63,995 nt of DNA, filler included, from Collodictyon triciliatum (GCA_043381765.1; 31 parts of 31 records of this genome joined end to end with filler, not necessarily neighbours in it); one strand, 5' to 3'; positions 12,370 through 25,480 are shown, counted from the first letter of the whole stretch. The notes: generated by a model not told the origin, from the sequence alone. Made by a program: numbers and translations.

Positions 12370-12719
12370 TTATGAACATAATGCTGTATTAATTGTTATG
12401 CTTCGTTCATCCATTTATATGTTTTCTTTTTTCTTTTCACCGATTCCAACGCGAAGCACAGGTACCAAACCTAGTATTAAGTACATATCTATATCATTTT
12501 ACATTTATTTTTATTTTCTTTACTACCCGAGCCATACAGGGCTGAAAGTGAATACCGGACCTTAATTTATTAAGAAATCATCTTATCCACTTAATCCTAC
12601 ACCCACAGAGCACTTTGTCTCCTTTCAGCCATAATCGACCCCAGAGAGCACAGACCGGAACATATATTTGTATTGGTATCGATAACAGAGCAGGAGCAGA
12701 AAGAAGAGAATAGAAGACA

Positions 12720-13860
12720 TCACCATTTTTGCGACCTTACGCCTACCAAAGAATCATCGACTGGGACGGATAGCTGCGCACTGCTGCAGACGTCCTGAAG
12801 GAGATAAGTTGGAGCGCCGTGAGCACAAGTGTGCCAGTCCGTGGGAACTAATGCGACGGCAAAGAGCGCCCACCAGATACCGACGAGGCCGATGCAGAGG
12901 TCGAGCAGAAAAGGGAGGCGTAAGGCCAGGAGTGCCGCCAGAGACATGGCGACGAGCGAGTAGCCGAGAAGATACCACACAGCATCCAGACGGTGACGGC
13001 CCTGGCCGCGATGCCTTGCAGCCTGTCAGTCATGTGGAAGAGGGTGCCGACTGGGATGAGGGCGGCCGTTTGTCGCTGGTGAAGGCCGCAGGTACATAGG
13101 CACGCGTGAGATGGATTGGGGTCGCAACGAAGGACAGCAGCACAAGCCCAACAAGGGCAGCCACGTAGATGGCCAGCGCCACGTAGAGCAGGCTGCAGAT
13201 GGTCAGGAGGATGGCGTGGGCATCCAGTGCAACAATGTCACCCGCCGCCTTGACCAGAACCGCGGCTCCTCGGAAGCTTGACACCTTCAGCACAGCCATG
13301 GCTCCGGCTGCTGCCTTGCCACATACATCTATCTGTCACAACCACCAGGCAAAGCCCGCTCTGAGCATCGCGCGCGTCAGAAACGTGGTCATGGGTGTGC
13401 CTGTGAGCCCGAGAACTGCAGTGCAAATGAGCGCATAGTTTGGTAGAATGTTGAAGAGGTTGGCAGCAAGGCCCAGGGCCAGACACGGAGCCATACAGCC
13501 TTGCGCATGCTGGTGCTTCTGCAGGACCGTGAACACAACGAGAAACGACACCCCGGGAATCAGCCAGAGGCAGTAGTCGCCCGTCAGCCGCGCGATGGTT
13601 GCATCCTGTCCCCGGGATGTCGAGATGGGTGCTCACACCGACGCAAAAGAACCACGGCAATTTGAAACATGTGTTGCTCAGCGCTGCTGCTGCCAGCTCA
13701 TTTTTGTTTGGTGCCCCACCATCATCTGGTCCGCAGTGGGCAGTAGAGTCAGCAGCAGATTTGTCAATACTGTGGGGATTTCGAGATGGAGCAGTTGCTT
13801 CAGATCCGCCCGAGTCTCCTACCCAGGCCCCATTCTGTGTCGCGGTGCTCGGTGTCTTTG
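12720..13860 (-). pseudogene. MATE (multidrug and toxic compound extrusion) transporter pseudogene, intronless, GC-rich
   Basis: Frame-hopping peptides DLKQLLHLEIPTVLTN...DQMMVGH, ELAAAALSN, GQDATIARLTGDYCLWLIPG...LQKHQHAQG...ANLFN, LDAHAILL, GYSLV...GLVGIWW; TGA stops at 13336 and 13030; frameshifts and deletions. Confidence 0.8.
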
Positions 13861-14005
13861 TCCACTTGCTGGTCGTCGCTGTCATTGTCCGGGTACTCGC
13901 TGCTCAACGTTCTGCGCGGATGGGTATCTTACTTCATTTTTTTGGAGGCGAGACTTTGTAATATGCGTTATGCGGCGTATGACTTATCCGGGGTCTTCTT
14001 TCTCC

Positions 14006-14740
14006 TTTTTTTTGCGCTTCCTTTCACTTTTGTGCAGGATGGTGAAGATGCTGGCTTTGGTTCGCTATACTTCGTTTGCATGAACGCTACTTGTTGGCCG
14101 GATGGCGGAGAAGTAGTCGGTAATCAGGAATTGCATCCTGCGGTTTGGCCTGTAGGCTGGGTCTTGTGCTTGCATGAAAGAGACAAAACGAGCTTTAATA
14201 TCCTTCTCAGCTTCCTTTCACCTGTCTCTTCTCACAGGGTCGGAGTAGTAGAGAACGTACAGGTGGCGAAGAAAGCCATTGAGGAAAGAGATTTGTATGA
14301 TGTCATTCAGCCTGTTATCAGGAATGGGTGGCTGGTTGTTGAGTCTTGCTTTGCGAGAGTATGTGCGTGCTATCCACATAGTCCATAGCAAATGGCCTCG
14401 CGTCACTGCCCAGAATGTTTTCGCATCTGGACGCAGCTGTTGCAGAGGCCCAAACATCGCCTGGATTGGGCCAACAGCCGCAGCCGTCTTGAGTGTCGGC
14501 CGAAGAATCTCACCAGCTGTTTCGCGCAGGTTTTGAGCGATGGGACATTGCAAAAATGTGTGCTCAATGGATTCATTACCGTTGCTGCAAAGTGTGCATT
14601 GTTGGGAGACTTTGCCAGCTTTTGCCGCGCGTGTGCCCATTCATAGCTCCCTATTGATGATATCAAGCATTAGAGAGCGGTGATTTGAAAGGACTTGCGG
14701 GGTTCGTGCTTGTCTCCAGCTCGTAATGGGAAGCCTCATC
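14006..14740 (-). mobile_element. LINE family A 3' end copy (zf-RVT)
   Basis: CTLCSNGNESIEHTFLQCP motif; aligns with 3235-3895; two TGG>TGA nonsense changes relative to that copy; poly(T) at 14006-14013. Confidence 0.9.
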
Positions 14741-15945
14741 TATGTACATATATCTCTAAACACANNNNNNNNNNNNNNNNNNNNNNNNNNNNNNNNNNNN
14801 NNNNNNNNTTAATTAATTAANNNNNNNNNNNNNNNNNNNNNNNNNNNNNNNNNNNNNNNNNNNNCCAAAGCACCGTTTATTCAAAATTGTCCATCCCTCA
14901 ACCAGAGCACGACAGACAGAAGAGCCACAGAAGAAACCATCTGAGGCCATCGCCAGGACAATCAAGACAACTTCGGTGGCTCCATTCATTTCTAAATACC
15001 GGAAGAGAAAGGTTGGCTTCGTGGTAAAGATGAGAACCAACAATAATGATAATTGGGAGGATTTTCAAAATGTCGGACACATATGGTTGGCAGATATGGT
15101 CGTTGCAGTCTGATAAAATATAAGCCATTTACCAAATATTTTTATAAGGACCGAAAGAATATATTTACCATGATAACAATAAGCTCGCTCAGTATCAGCA
15201 ACGTTTCTCAATAAAAGCATTCGCGTGTCTCTCTACCCACAAGAGATCGAAGCAAAAAGCGTGCATTATACTGTGCAGCAGAGAAAATCATTCTGTTATG
15301 TCTCAAATCGGCAGATCGAGCTCCGCCAGTATAATAGTTTCCTTTCGTATTACATTAAAATTAACAATTATTTCATTCGATATGTGCCGCATAGGGTCAA
15401 TACGAACAACACAATGATAAATAACATAAACAGAAAAATAAAAATAGATACATAACAAAAAAAACCAAAAAATAGAGCGACCAGTGGCAGGGTGGATGTG
15501 AGAGTGGGCCAGGTAACAAACTCAAGTGCCCGTCTCTGGGTTTTAAGACCTCAGTGCGATCTTAGGGGTAAAGAAGAGTGCTGCTTGCTCTCGATCGCAC
15601 ACCCAGGAAGCTGATTCTCGCTCTGGCGCAGTAAACGCGGCAAGAGTTTCGTGAAAATGCACAAAAAACACGCAGTCGCGAGACCCCTGCAGCCAGCTGG
15701 AGGATTCTGTAAATTTCTACAAATGTGGAAAAATGTGGTCTTCTTTCTGAGATCCTTCGTTGTCGAATAACCAGAATTAGAAAATGTCGACGATGCGCTG
15801 GCTTGACCACAAACCCACAACGGTGATATTTGGCGGCTATTTTTCAGGGTATAAATTTACAGGCTCAGCGCATGATACATCTTATCCCGACAATCAGAAA
15901 CTGAATTAGACACAGAGGACGAGCTCCTGGACGAGCCCGACTGCG

Positions 15946-16757
15946 ATGGACGAGTGTGACGAAGAGATTCAGGAGGTTGTACGACTGAAGCCGACGATAT
16001 GGCCGCCGAACAGCCCGTTGTCAACCTGTAATGGACTGGACTTGCAGGAGAGGAATATCATAGCGTTTCCACCAGGACTTCGAAAATTGCTGCTCCTAAA
16101 GCACCTCAACATTTTTAACAACCAGATCATCTCGATTCCGGAGTGGATATCAATTCTCATAAGGCTGACTACACTGCGTGTTGATGGCAACAAAATATCA
16201 AGTGTGCCTGACGGAATTTCATGTATAACGGGATTGGTCGTTTTATCAATCAGAGACAATCAAATCACATCAGTGCCAAATGGAATATCTCGACTGACCA
16301 ACCTAACGATCCTTCGTGTTGATGGCAACAAAATATCAAGTGTGCCTGACGGAATATCGTGCTTAACTGGATTGGTCGCCTTACAATATAACGACAATCA
16401 AATCACATCAATGCCGAATGGTATATCTCGACTGACAAACCTAACATTCCTTCGTGCTGATGGCAACAAAATATCAAGCGTGCCTGACGGAATATCATGC
16501 TTAACTGGGTTGGTTGTCTTGGAGTTTCACAGCAGTCAAATCACAAACGTGCCTGACGGAATATCATGCTTAACTGGGTTGGTTGTCTTGGAGTTTCACA
16601 GCAATCTAATCACATCAGTTCCGAATGGCATATCACGACTGTCCAATCTAACGTTCCTTCGTGCTGATGGCAACAAAATATCAAGCGTGCCTGACGGAAT
16701 ATCATGCTTAACTGGGTTGGTTGTCTTGGAGTTTCACAGCAGTCAAATCACAAACGT
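15946..16757 (+). CDS. Leucine-rich repeat protein (23-aa LRRs), 3'-truncated
   Basis: Tandem LxxLxxxxNxIxxVPxGIxxL units; open to contig end. Confidence 0.92.
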
Positions 16758-16990
16758 NNNNNNNNNNNNNNNNNNNNNNNNNNNNNNNNNNNNNNNNNNN
16801 NTTAATTAATTAANNNNNNNNNNNNNNNNNNNNNNNNNNNNNNNNNNNNNNNNNNNNCTTACACTTACACTTACACTTACACTTACACTTACACTTACAC
16901 TTACACTTACACTTACACTTACACTTACACTTACACTTACACTTACACTTACACTTGCACACGTCCCTAACTAACAGCAAAACTTCCGCC

Positions 16991-18443
16991 ATGACCATTT
17001 ATCGTTCCTTGGCCTTTGTCACAATGGGCTCCATCTACTTCACCAAGAGCGGCTATCAACGCGCCGCTGAACGATTCGACCCAAACGCTCTCAAGGTTGA
17101 CTTGAGAGGTAAAGTCTATGTCGTAAGTCTTTTCCAAAACAAAACAAAATAAACAGAACACAAAAGAAAGCCAAACATAAAAGAGAGCTTTCATTTCACA
17201 GCGCACCCCTCTTACACGAAACTAAGAACTTGAGAGCCGCCTTAGTTTCATGACTTTGCAGTCAAAAACATCCACGCAAAAGCCGCGCTCACCACGAAGC
17301 CACTTTGACTGCAGGTGACCGGCGCAAACAAAGGACTCGGATATTCAACTGCCCTGTATCTGGCCCAACAAGGCGCCCGCGTTCACATCCTCTGCAGAAA
17401 CCGGACGGCCGGGCAAGAAGCCGTGGAGGCCATTAAGGGCCTTTCAAACAACGACCAGGTTGTCCTTCACCAGGTTGATGTATCCAACATGCAGTCCATC
17501 CGCGACTTTGTGGCCGCGTATCAGGAGACCGGAGAGCGGCTCGATTGTCTTGTCAACAACGCAGGTGTTCTTCTGAACGAGCGCCAAGTGTCCAGTGAGG
17601 GCTTTGAAATGTCCTTTGCCACAAATCTGCTCGGCCCGTTTCTCTTGACAAACCTGCTCATGCCAGTCCTGCAGAAATCCGCTCCGTCTAGAGTCATCAC
17701 AGTCGCATCGGCCGGGATGTACACGCAGAGACTTCATCCAGATGATCTCGAGTCGAAGTTGATAGATCCTTGGGACGGTGCCGCTGCCTACGCCCAGACC
17801 AAAGTCATTTACTCACCAAACCCCTCCTCTGATTTCTTGATAACCCCCTTCAATTGGCTTTGTATCGTCTGAAGCTGAATCAATGTTAACCATAATGACT
17901 CCCATGTAACAGCGTGCTGAAGTGCTTTTGACCGAGAGATGGGCAAGAGTTTTCGCAAACTCTGGTGTTCGGTTCTACAGCATGCACCCAGGATGGTTTG
18001 TGATTGATCTGCCAAAAAAAAATACAGATAGTATGCTTTGAATGCCTACGAGCTGGTCTTTCATCGCACTTTTTTTTTAGTTGATACCTCAAACTCAATG
18101 TTATATTATGTTTAATAATTATCATGATTATCATCACCATCACCATCATCATCATCATCATCACAGGGCTGACACTCCCGGCGTTCAGACTTCCATCCCC
18201 ACCTTCCACAGCGCGTATGAAGGAAATCTGCGCACACCTGATGAAGGAGCAGATACCATCAAGTGGCTGGCTGCCACACCCACGCTCGACGCAAATGCAG
18301 AGGCCAATGGCAAGTTCTTTTTCGACCGCGAAATCGCCCGCCAGCATCTCGCTTTGGCGTCCACAGAGTCCACCGAGGCCGATGTGGATACGATGTGGAA
18401 TAAGCTGTGCCAAGTCAGCGGCTGGTCTATCAAGCTGCAGTGA
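16991..18443 (+). CDS. DHRS12: Short-chain dehydrogenase/reductase DHRS12-like, 4 exons
   Basis: FTKSGY N-terminus, VTGANKGLG, VNNAG, YAQTK, MHPGWADTPGV, LRTPDEGADTIKWL; GT-AG introns. Confidence 0.9.
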
Positions 18444-18965
18444 TGATTGAGTGGCAAAGGCTGGGCGGCTCGTGCCGTGTTAGAGCGCTTGGTTGGCCTT
18501 GAAATAAAAGAGACGTAATGGAATCTCATAGTCTGTTGATTTGGGTGTCGGAGTTTTGTTTTGTTTTGTTTCGATTCATATTCATTTTTTCCTTCATTTT
18601 TTTTTTGGTTTGGTTTTTGGTCTTGGTTTTGGTTTTTTCTTTGTTTTTTTCTGTTTTTTGTTTTTGTTTTTGTTTTTGTTTTTGTTTTTGTTTTTGTTTT
18701 TGTTTTTGTTTTTGTTTTTGTTTTTGTTTTTGTTTTTGTTTTTGTTTTTNNNNNNNNNNNNNNNNNNNNNNNNNNNNNNNNNNNNNNNNNNNNTTAATTA
18801 ATTAANNNNNNNNNNNNNNNNNNNNNNNNNNNNNNNNNNNNNNNNNNNNGTGTTTTTTATGTGTTTTTTATGTGTTTTTTATGTGTTTTTTATGTGTTTT
18901 TTATGTGTTTTTTATGTGTTTTTTATGTGTTTTTTATGTGTTTTTTATGAACTTTAAGTTTTCTT

Positions 18966-19005
18966 TTTTTTAATTCTACCTTTCAATTTTGTGTGGGATG
19001 GTGGA
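18966..19005 (-). mobile_element. About 40-bp stub of LINE family A 3' end with 13-bp TSD (18953-18965 / 19006-19018)
   Basis: T-run + TTCTACCTTTCAATTTTGTGTGGGATGGTG matches the family A tail; flanks TTTAAGTTTTCTT / TTTATGTTTTCTT. Confidence 0.75.
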
Positions 19006-19073
19006 TTTATGTTTTCTTAATTTATATCATACTTTTCCTTTTTCATATTCGTTTCCTTTTCGTTTCACCTACC

Positions 19074-19601
19074 TTTTTTATTTTCCTCTTCCTATCAATT
19101 TTGTACAAGAAGGCGGAGGTATTGGCTTTGGTTCGCTAGCCATCATTTACATGGATGCTACTTGGTGGCCGGGTGGCGGAGAAGTAGTCCGTAATCAGGA
19201 ATTGCATCCTGCGGTTTGGCCTGTAGCTTGGGTCTTGTGCTTTCATGAGAGATACAAGGCGAGGTTTAATATCCTTCTCAGCCTCTTTCCACATGTCTCT
19301 TCTCACGGGGTCGGAGTAGTAGAGAATATGCAGGTGGCGAAGAAAGCTATTGAGGAAAGAGATTTGTATGATGTCATCCAGCCTATTATCAGGAATGGGT
19401 GGCTTGTTGTTGAGTCTTGCTTTGCGTGACTATATGCGTGCTATCCACATAGTCCATAGCAAATGGCATCGCGTCACCGCCCAGAATGTTTTTTCGCATC
19501 TGGACGCAGCTGTTGCAGAGGCCCAAATATCGCCTGGATTGGGCCAACAGCCGCAGCCGTCTTGAGTGTCAGTCAAACAATCTCACCGGCTGTTTCGCGC
19601 A
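19074..19601 (-). mobile_element. 5'-truncated LINE family A copy
   Basis: Aligns with about 3240-3755; carries stops and a frameshift. Confidence 0.88.
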
Positions 19602-20296
19602 CTCAGCAGTATTGTAATTCCACTACATTGTATTTTCCGTCAATATATATGTATCTAAGTGAATCTCCCAACTCGGAAGCTATCTCACTAAGTATATTAC
19701 TCTCATTAAACGGGGCTTTTTTTTTGTTTATGGCATGAGTTGCATATGCAATGGCAAGCAACGAATATGCGTCCAAATTATACGAATCCTCACATTTAAT
19801 GAAATAAATTATGTATATATTTAAATTAACATTTGCTCTTCAAGACCTTTTGATATATCAGTGGAATAAAAAGGAGAGAGAGAGAAATATTTCAGGACTT
19901 ATTTGTGATTGAAAGCAAACTTAACTACGTCTATTAGCATCTGCTCGGGTATATGTCGTCATTTCATATAAAAATTGGTTGTAAATCATCTTCCTATAGA
20001 CTTGCGCAGTACAGGTTTTTGGCGTAAGTCACATAGAGGACATCAAAAAAAAAAAATCAAATCAAATCTCTCGTTTGAAGATGGTGTACCAGAATCATAA
20101 TCGACATACCATGGATACTTTCATCGGAGCTCAATTGATCTCTTGTAAACAACTTATTCTAAGATTTGTAAGGTAAAGTGTAATTGATAATATAAATTGG
20201 ATACACAAATCCCCACTGATTTTTCTATGGCTCAAAAAAAGAACAAGGCTTAGTTATTTCTTTTCCTTAGCGAATTACACTCACTTAAATAGAAAT

Positions 20297-20523
20297 GAGC
20301 TATTATAAGTTGGCAAGATGAAATAGGATTTACACTTTTGCATTATGCTCGCATTTTCAACCTCCCAAACGCTACTCGTGCTTTTATTCAATATTGCACA
20401 AATGTCGATGCAAGAGATGCCCAAGGTATGACAGCAAAGAAAAAAAAATGGCCAAAAGCACTTGGTCAAACCCAGATAGTCCATATCCTGAATGAATTCG
20501 ATCCAAGTTTAGATAATATGTGA
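20297..20523 (+). pseudogene. Ankyrin-repeat C-terminal exon, probably degenerate
   Basis: QDEIGFTLLHYA...NVDARDAQGMTA...GQTQIVHIL; in-frame TGA just upstream; A-run inside the repeat. Confidence 0.55.
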
Positions 20524-20948
20524 TGAATTCCTCTCGACCGACTCTACAACTCTTCAATTCTCATGCCATCATACAATTCTCAATAATAATGATAACAATT
20601 TCATTCTTTTTCTTTCACCCAGCCAATCTAGGGAGAACTATGCGTCGCTAGCAAGTGTGCGAAAGTGGAATCGAAAAACAAGCGCAGATACGCCGCACCA
20701 AAATCATTATGTAGATTGGAATATTAGAGACCCACCCTTTCNNNNNNNNNNNNNNNNNNNNNNNNNNNNNNNNNNNNNNNNNNNNTTAATTAATTAANNN
20801 NNNNNNNNNNNNNNNNNNNNNNNNNNNNNNNNNNNNNNNNNATTTACATAAATCCTAAGCAGGTGTCGATTTATATCGAAATTACTACATATTAAATATC
20901 TTTCTTTTCTTTTCTTTTTTTTTTTTTTTGTACACTTTTCATAAATAG

Positions 20949-21488
20949 TTGAGTCAAAAATGTGGAAGCATGTTGTTTTCCCGTCGATGATTCCAACCGG
21001 GCGGACAGAGGTATATAAATCATGACGTTTCGATCATAAATGACGCATGAAAATTGACACAATTTGGGGTTAACAGGTTGTACTTCTTGAAGAATGCTTT
21101 GATAAAATGTTTATGGAATGGGAAAGGTCCTTAAAATCGAAGCAGTCAGAAGAAAAACAGCTAACACTAGGTCCATGTACTACCATTCTTTTGTTTTCTT
21201 CCTTATTCGATTCAAAGTACAGCGAGGTTATGATCATGTACTATCATTCTAAAATTTTGTAATAGCTACCCCTCTTCCTTATATTTTCTGTTATTTTTCT
21301 CTACCGGTATCTAATCAAAAAAAAAAAATAACGCAGAGGACTTTGATGCAGCCAAGAAGATGTATTTGGTCTGTTTTGTTGAAATTGTCCGTCAGGTTTT
21401 TAAATGTTTCATACATTTCTCAACTTATATCACACCATATGCCAAAATTGCTCTTGTTGATGAAATGTGCAGACTTTGCTCTTTCTTT

Positions 21489-21528
<40 letters not shown>

Positions 21529-22600
21529 AGTATGTAGATTTAACATTCAGTTATGCAAAAGGATACTATTTAGTGAGAGGAATTATGAAGGCTCATTAAT
21601 TGAATAGCCGAAGAACTAATATTAACCACAAAAAGGTTTCAGTCCAGTGTGTAGAGCGAGGAAGATTGTTAACAAAGTTATGGAATGCCTTTGTGGCCAT
21701 GAATGACAAACAGAAGCAAGTTTGTGAATATTAAATTTTAATGGACACCGCTTGCTTTTAAATTTTATTCTAATGTTTCTATCATTTACTCAAAGTATAT
21801 TCTATCATTGTTGGATACACTCCAAGGCCACTTGAACGAGCGTAAGAGAAGTAGCCAAATATCGGTGCACTGCGCTGAGATTTTTTTTTTTTTAGTTTAC
21901 TGACTAATTTGAATGAATTTTTCTTTAGTTCATCGAGAATATATCAAAGTTTGTCGTGAATACGAGGAAACATCGAGAAACAATGAAATTGAAATAAACC
22001 GATTACGGGAAGAACTTGAAAGGTTATATGATGTTACAGATATTATTTTATGTAAATAATCAAAAGAATGATGTTTTGTCTCTATTTTTATATGATTTCC
22101 ATCTCTCATTATGTATTGACTTTGGCTTCGCTGTCTTAGATATCAACTCGAAAATAGTCAACTTAGAGAACGTGTAGGGGTTTTAGAGCTTGAAAATGAG
22201 AAACTTTGGAAAGAAAAGGTAACATTACATTTTAAGAATACTGATTTCCCCTTTTAGAAATTTTCAACTTAATTTATTTTTAACAATATTAATAACAATA
22301 TAAAATAGAACGCAAATGACAAAGCCTTAGAGCTATCAAAAAAGTACCAAGAATTATTGGAGCAAATGCGTAATTTTACATATCTATCATATATATTTTA
22401 ACGTATGAATATGAAGTAACAAAAAAAATTCGCATCTTTTCTTGGGATATACATATGTTAATATGAATTTGTAATCATTACCAAAGATGAATACACTGGG
22501 AGAATACGTCAAGTTCAGGGCGAATACAATCCAGCAAAATCAGATAGCCATGATATTAGTGGAAATGAATCAGACGCAACCGCTGATGCTCTCCAGGATA
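20949..22600 (+). CDS. Axonemal dynein light chain (p28/DNALI1/AXDND1-like) domain plus coiled coil, multi-exon, partial
   Basis: PTGRTEVVLLEECFDKM and YLVCFVEIVRQVSVQCVERGRLLTKLW match the p28-family pattern CFxEIxRQVxxxCxERGxLL. Confidence 0.75.
21190..21234 (-). mobile_element. 45-bp family B retro-stub with A-rich tail and 16-bp TSD (21174-21189 / 21235-21250), intronic
   Basis: CCTTATTCGATTCAAAGTACAGCGAGGTTATG nearly identical to 44521-44552; flanks CATGTACTACCATTCT / CATGTACTATCATTCT. Confidence 0.85.
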
Positions 22601-23139
22601 TGTCTGCAGAATTATGCTATCGTTTTCTTTCTTTTTTTTTTTTTCACACACTAACTCACTTCATTCAATATATCGGAATCTTATATACCCAACCAAGACT
22701 ATTACCAATCTGACAGCTTTACTTCTTCCCCCCNNNNNNNNNNNNNNNNNNNNNNNNNNNNNNNNNNNNNNNNNNNNTTAATTAATTAANNNNNNNNNNN
22801 NNNNNNNNNNNNNNNNNNNNNNNNNNNNNNNNNTTTCTTTTTCTCTTTCTTTTTCTCTTTCTTTTTCTCTTTCTTTATCGCTTTCTTTTTCTTTTCTTTT
22901 TCTTTTTTCTTTTTTCTTTTTTCTTTTTTCTTTTTTCTTTTTTCATTTTTTTCATTTTTTCTTTTTTTCTTTATTCTTTTATTTATTATTCTTTTATTTA
23001 TTATTCTTTATTCTTAATTCTTAATTCTTAATTCTTAATTCTTAATTCTTAATTCTTAATTCTTCATTCGAATAAAGGGAAAAAATTCTTTATTCTTAAT
23101 TGCATTGGAAAATATGTTTAACTGCAAATTAAGAAAATA

Positions 23140-24294
23140 TATTTATTTGTACAAACTGAACTCTGGGATAACGGAGGATATCCTTTTGGGTTAGATGGGT
23201 CATACTCTGCATGAGGGAAGAGCAAATCCCATTTCTTTTTCACTGGTATAAAGCAGAGTCTCGTCACATTATACCTTATAAATATTGACTAAAATCTGTG
23301 CTCCTAAAAAATGCTTTTGAATGACTTACCGAAATCGTATTTCCATAAGTCATTCATATAGACAACGTGGAAGCATCTGGTCTGTCCTCCAAAATAGAAA
23401 AAAACTGACTCCGAAGCTTTGAAGACAGACGGCTGATATCGACTTGTTGGAATGTGCGAGAGAGAGCTCGTATCCCATTCTTTGGTGACTAATATTTATT
23501 TAAATATTATGATATGAGATAAGATGGGAACTGCCATTAGATTCCTGTTGTTTTTTTGCGGCACAATCCAGTATGCAATATTAAAAAATGTAAAAGGAAG
23601 GGGAAATTGGACCTGGATTGAAGCCCCATATTGAATCATCACCACACTTGGCTTCACCTCCGATTAGAACGATTCGATTATGGACAAAGGACGCCATTGT
23701 AAACGACCTGGGCATTGGATTGGCGAGACTGTATGGATAATTTCCCAGATTGCTCGTATAGTCCTTGAAGTAAACGACCTCCTTTTTGTCTAGAAGGCAC
23801 CAATGAGAGTGATTCAATTTTTGAACGATACTATAAGAAAATTTTATATGAAGCAAAACTAAAATGCCCCTTGGAATCAGAAATACCGAGGTCTATTCCG
23901 GCCAGAATAGGCTGTGCTGTGCTATCTGCAAAATTGTCAATTCCGTGCATATAGTAAAGAACTGATTCGTGCCGAGCAAAAGCAGATGTATAAGCTCCAT
24001 AAAGACGACCCGAGGCCGTGGGTGTGATATTGTATGTTTTCCATTCATAGGTATCTGTGAGATGGGGCTATTATGAATGATATATTTTGTAGAATATAGT
24101 ATTCTTCTTTCTGATTTCAGCAGGAAACTTTGTCCTTTGAAAGTATTGAAATATATGTATTGTGACTTGGATTCCAAGGAATGGAGTCTTTTTTATTTTC
24201 TCCTTTTTATTCACTGTGTAAATTAATTACTTCAATCTTGACTCAAATCAAGAATTAAAAGTAGTAAGGACGAATATATCATCCATGAAAATAC

Positions 24295-24325
<31 letters not shown>

Positions 24326-24540
24326 TGTAATACTTTGTGGTGTTAAAAAAATGCAGGGAGAATGGGATTTTCAATACCTAGTGAGAGCTCCCAAAAGTCG
24401 TATGTGACAAAACTAAACGTCCCATCGCCCCCGAGGCCGCTGTAGACAAAGAGTTTATTGTTGTATGTTGTAAATATAGATGCAACCATGGCAGGCTTGA
24501 TGGTGGACGTGAATCCTATGCGACTCCATGACTTCGAATC
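23140..24540 (-). CDS. Kelch-repeat beta-propeller protein (partial)
   Basis: LFVYSGLGGDG, PRSFTMASFVHNRIVLIGGE, FFYFGGQTRCFHVVYMNDLWKYD; GT-AG exons. Confidence 0.75.
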
Positions 24541-24823
24541 TAAGTATGAGTATTGGGATTAGAAGAGAAAAAGAAATTATTTGATTGTACAAGTTGTCTT
24601 AAATGGAGCGACTTTGGTTAAAAAAATCTTTTGTTGTTGTTTTTTGCTTTTTTTATTGCTTTTTTATTGCTTTTTTATTGCTTTTTTATTGCTTTTTTAT
24701 TGCTTTTTTATTGCTTTTTTATTNNNNNNNNNNNNNNNNNNNNNNNNNNNNNNNNNNNNNNNNNNNNTTAATTAATTAANNNNNNNNNNNNNNNNNNNNN
24801 NNNNNNNNNNNNNNNNNNNNNNN

Positions 24824-25480
24824 ATTTTCCATTTCCGTGTGTTCAGCTCTATCTTTACTGGCCTCACTGTCTCCACTTGTTTCAGTGTTGATAGAACGAC
24901 GCCCAAAATACGGTATTTGCGGTACTTTCTCGGTGTCTTTTAGGATTTCTTCGATGTTTTCGTCACATAACCCAGAGCGGACAGACGAAATGTCATCTTG
25001 CAATAGTCTATGTTGTAGATTCCCCAGAAGCCACAAGGTGAGTATAATATACAATTCAGCTGGATGCAATCATTAAAATTATCGATGGCAAGAGTTAGAG
25101 GTTACTTGATTATATTCTCGCAACCCTTCAAGGACTCAAAAATCTGAAACATCCTTTCAGCTCGAAGTGCAAATGCAGCCTTCTCTAACTGACCTTTAAA
25201 AAAATACAATACAATCGCACAATTGTTTGTTTTTTTTTAAAAAAAAAATGCACATGATTCAATACCAATACAATTACTTCAAAAAGTTCCTTTACATTAC
25301 CTCCACTGAACCTCAGCGATCTTTTCTCCCTAATTTAAAGGCGAAGTAGTTTTTGAGCATGCGTTGATCGAATAAAAAAGCTGAATATTTTCCTTTTGCT
25401 TTTCACTACTCACATTATCCTGTCCACAAATTCGCCATGCAAAATTTCAAGATACTTAGCTTCACAATCCTATCATAAAG
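24824..25480 (-). CDS. Hypothetical multi-exon protein fragment
   Basis: In-frame spliced exons DCEAKYLEILHGEFVDRIMEKRSLRFSGGQLEKAAFALRAERMF; no recognised family. Confidence 0.35.

Noticed and set aside
13030-13338. In-frame TGA codons as evidence of recoding or selenocysteine
   Set aside because: Accompanied by frameshifts and deletions; intact genes use TGA, TAA and TAG as stops
18121-18166. Poly-histidine tract in ORF 18081-18443
   Set aside because: The (CAT)n lies inside DHRS12 intron 3; splicing restores MHPGWADTPG
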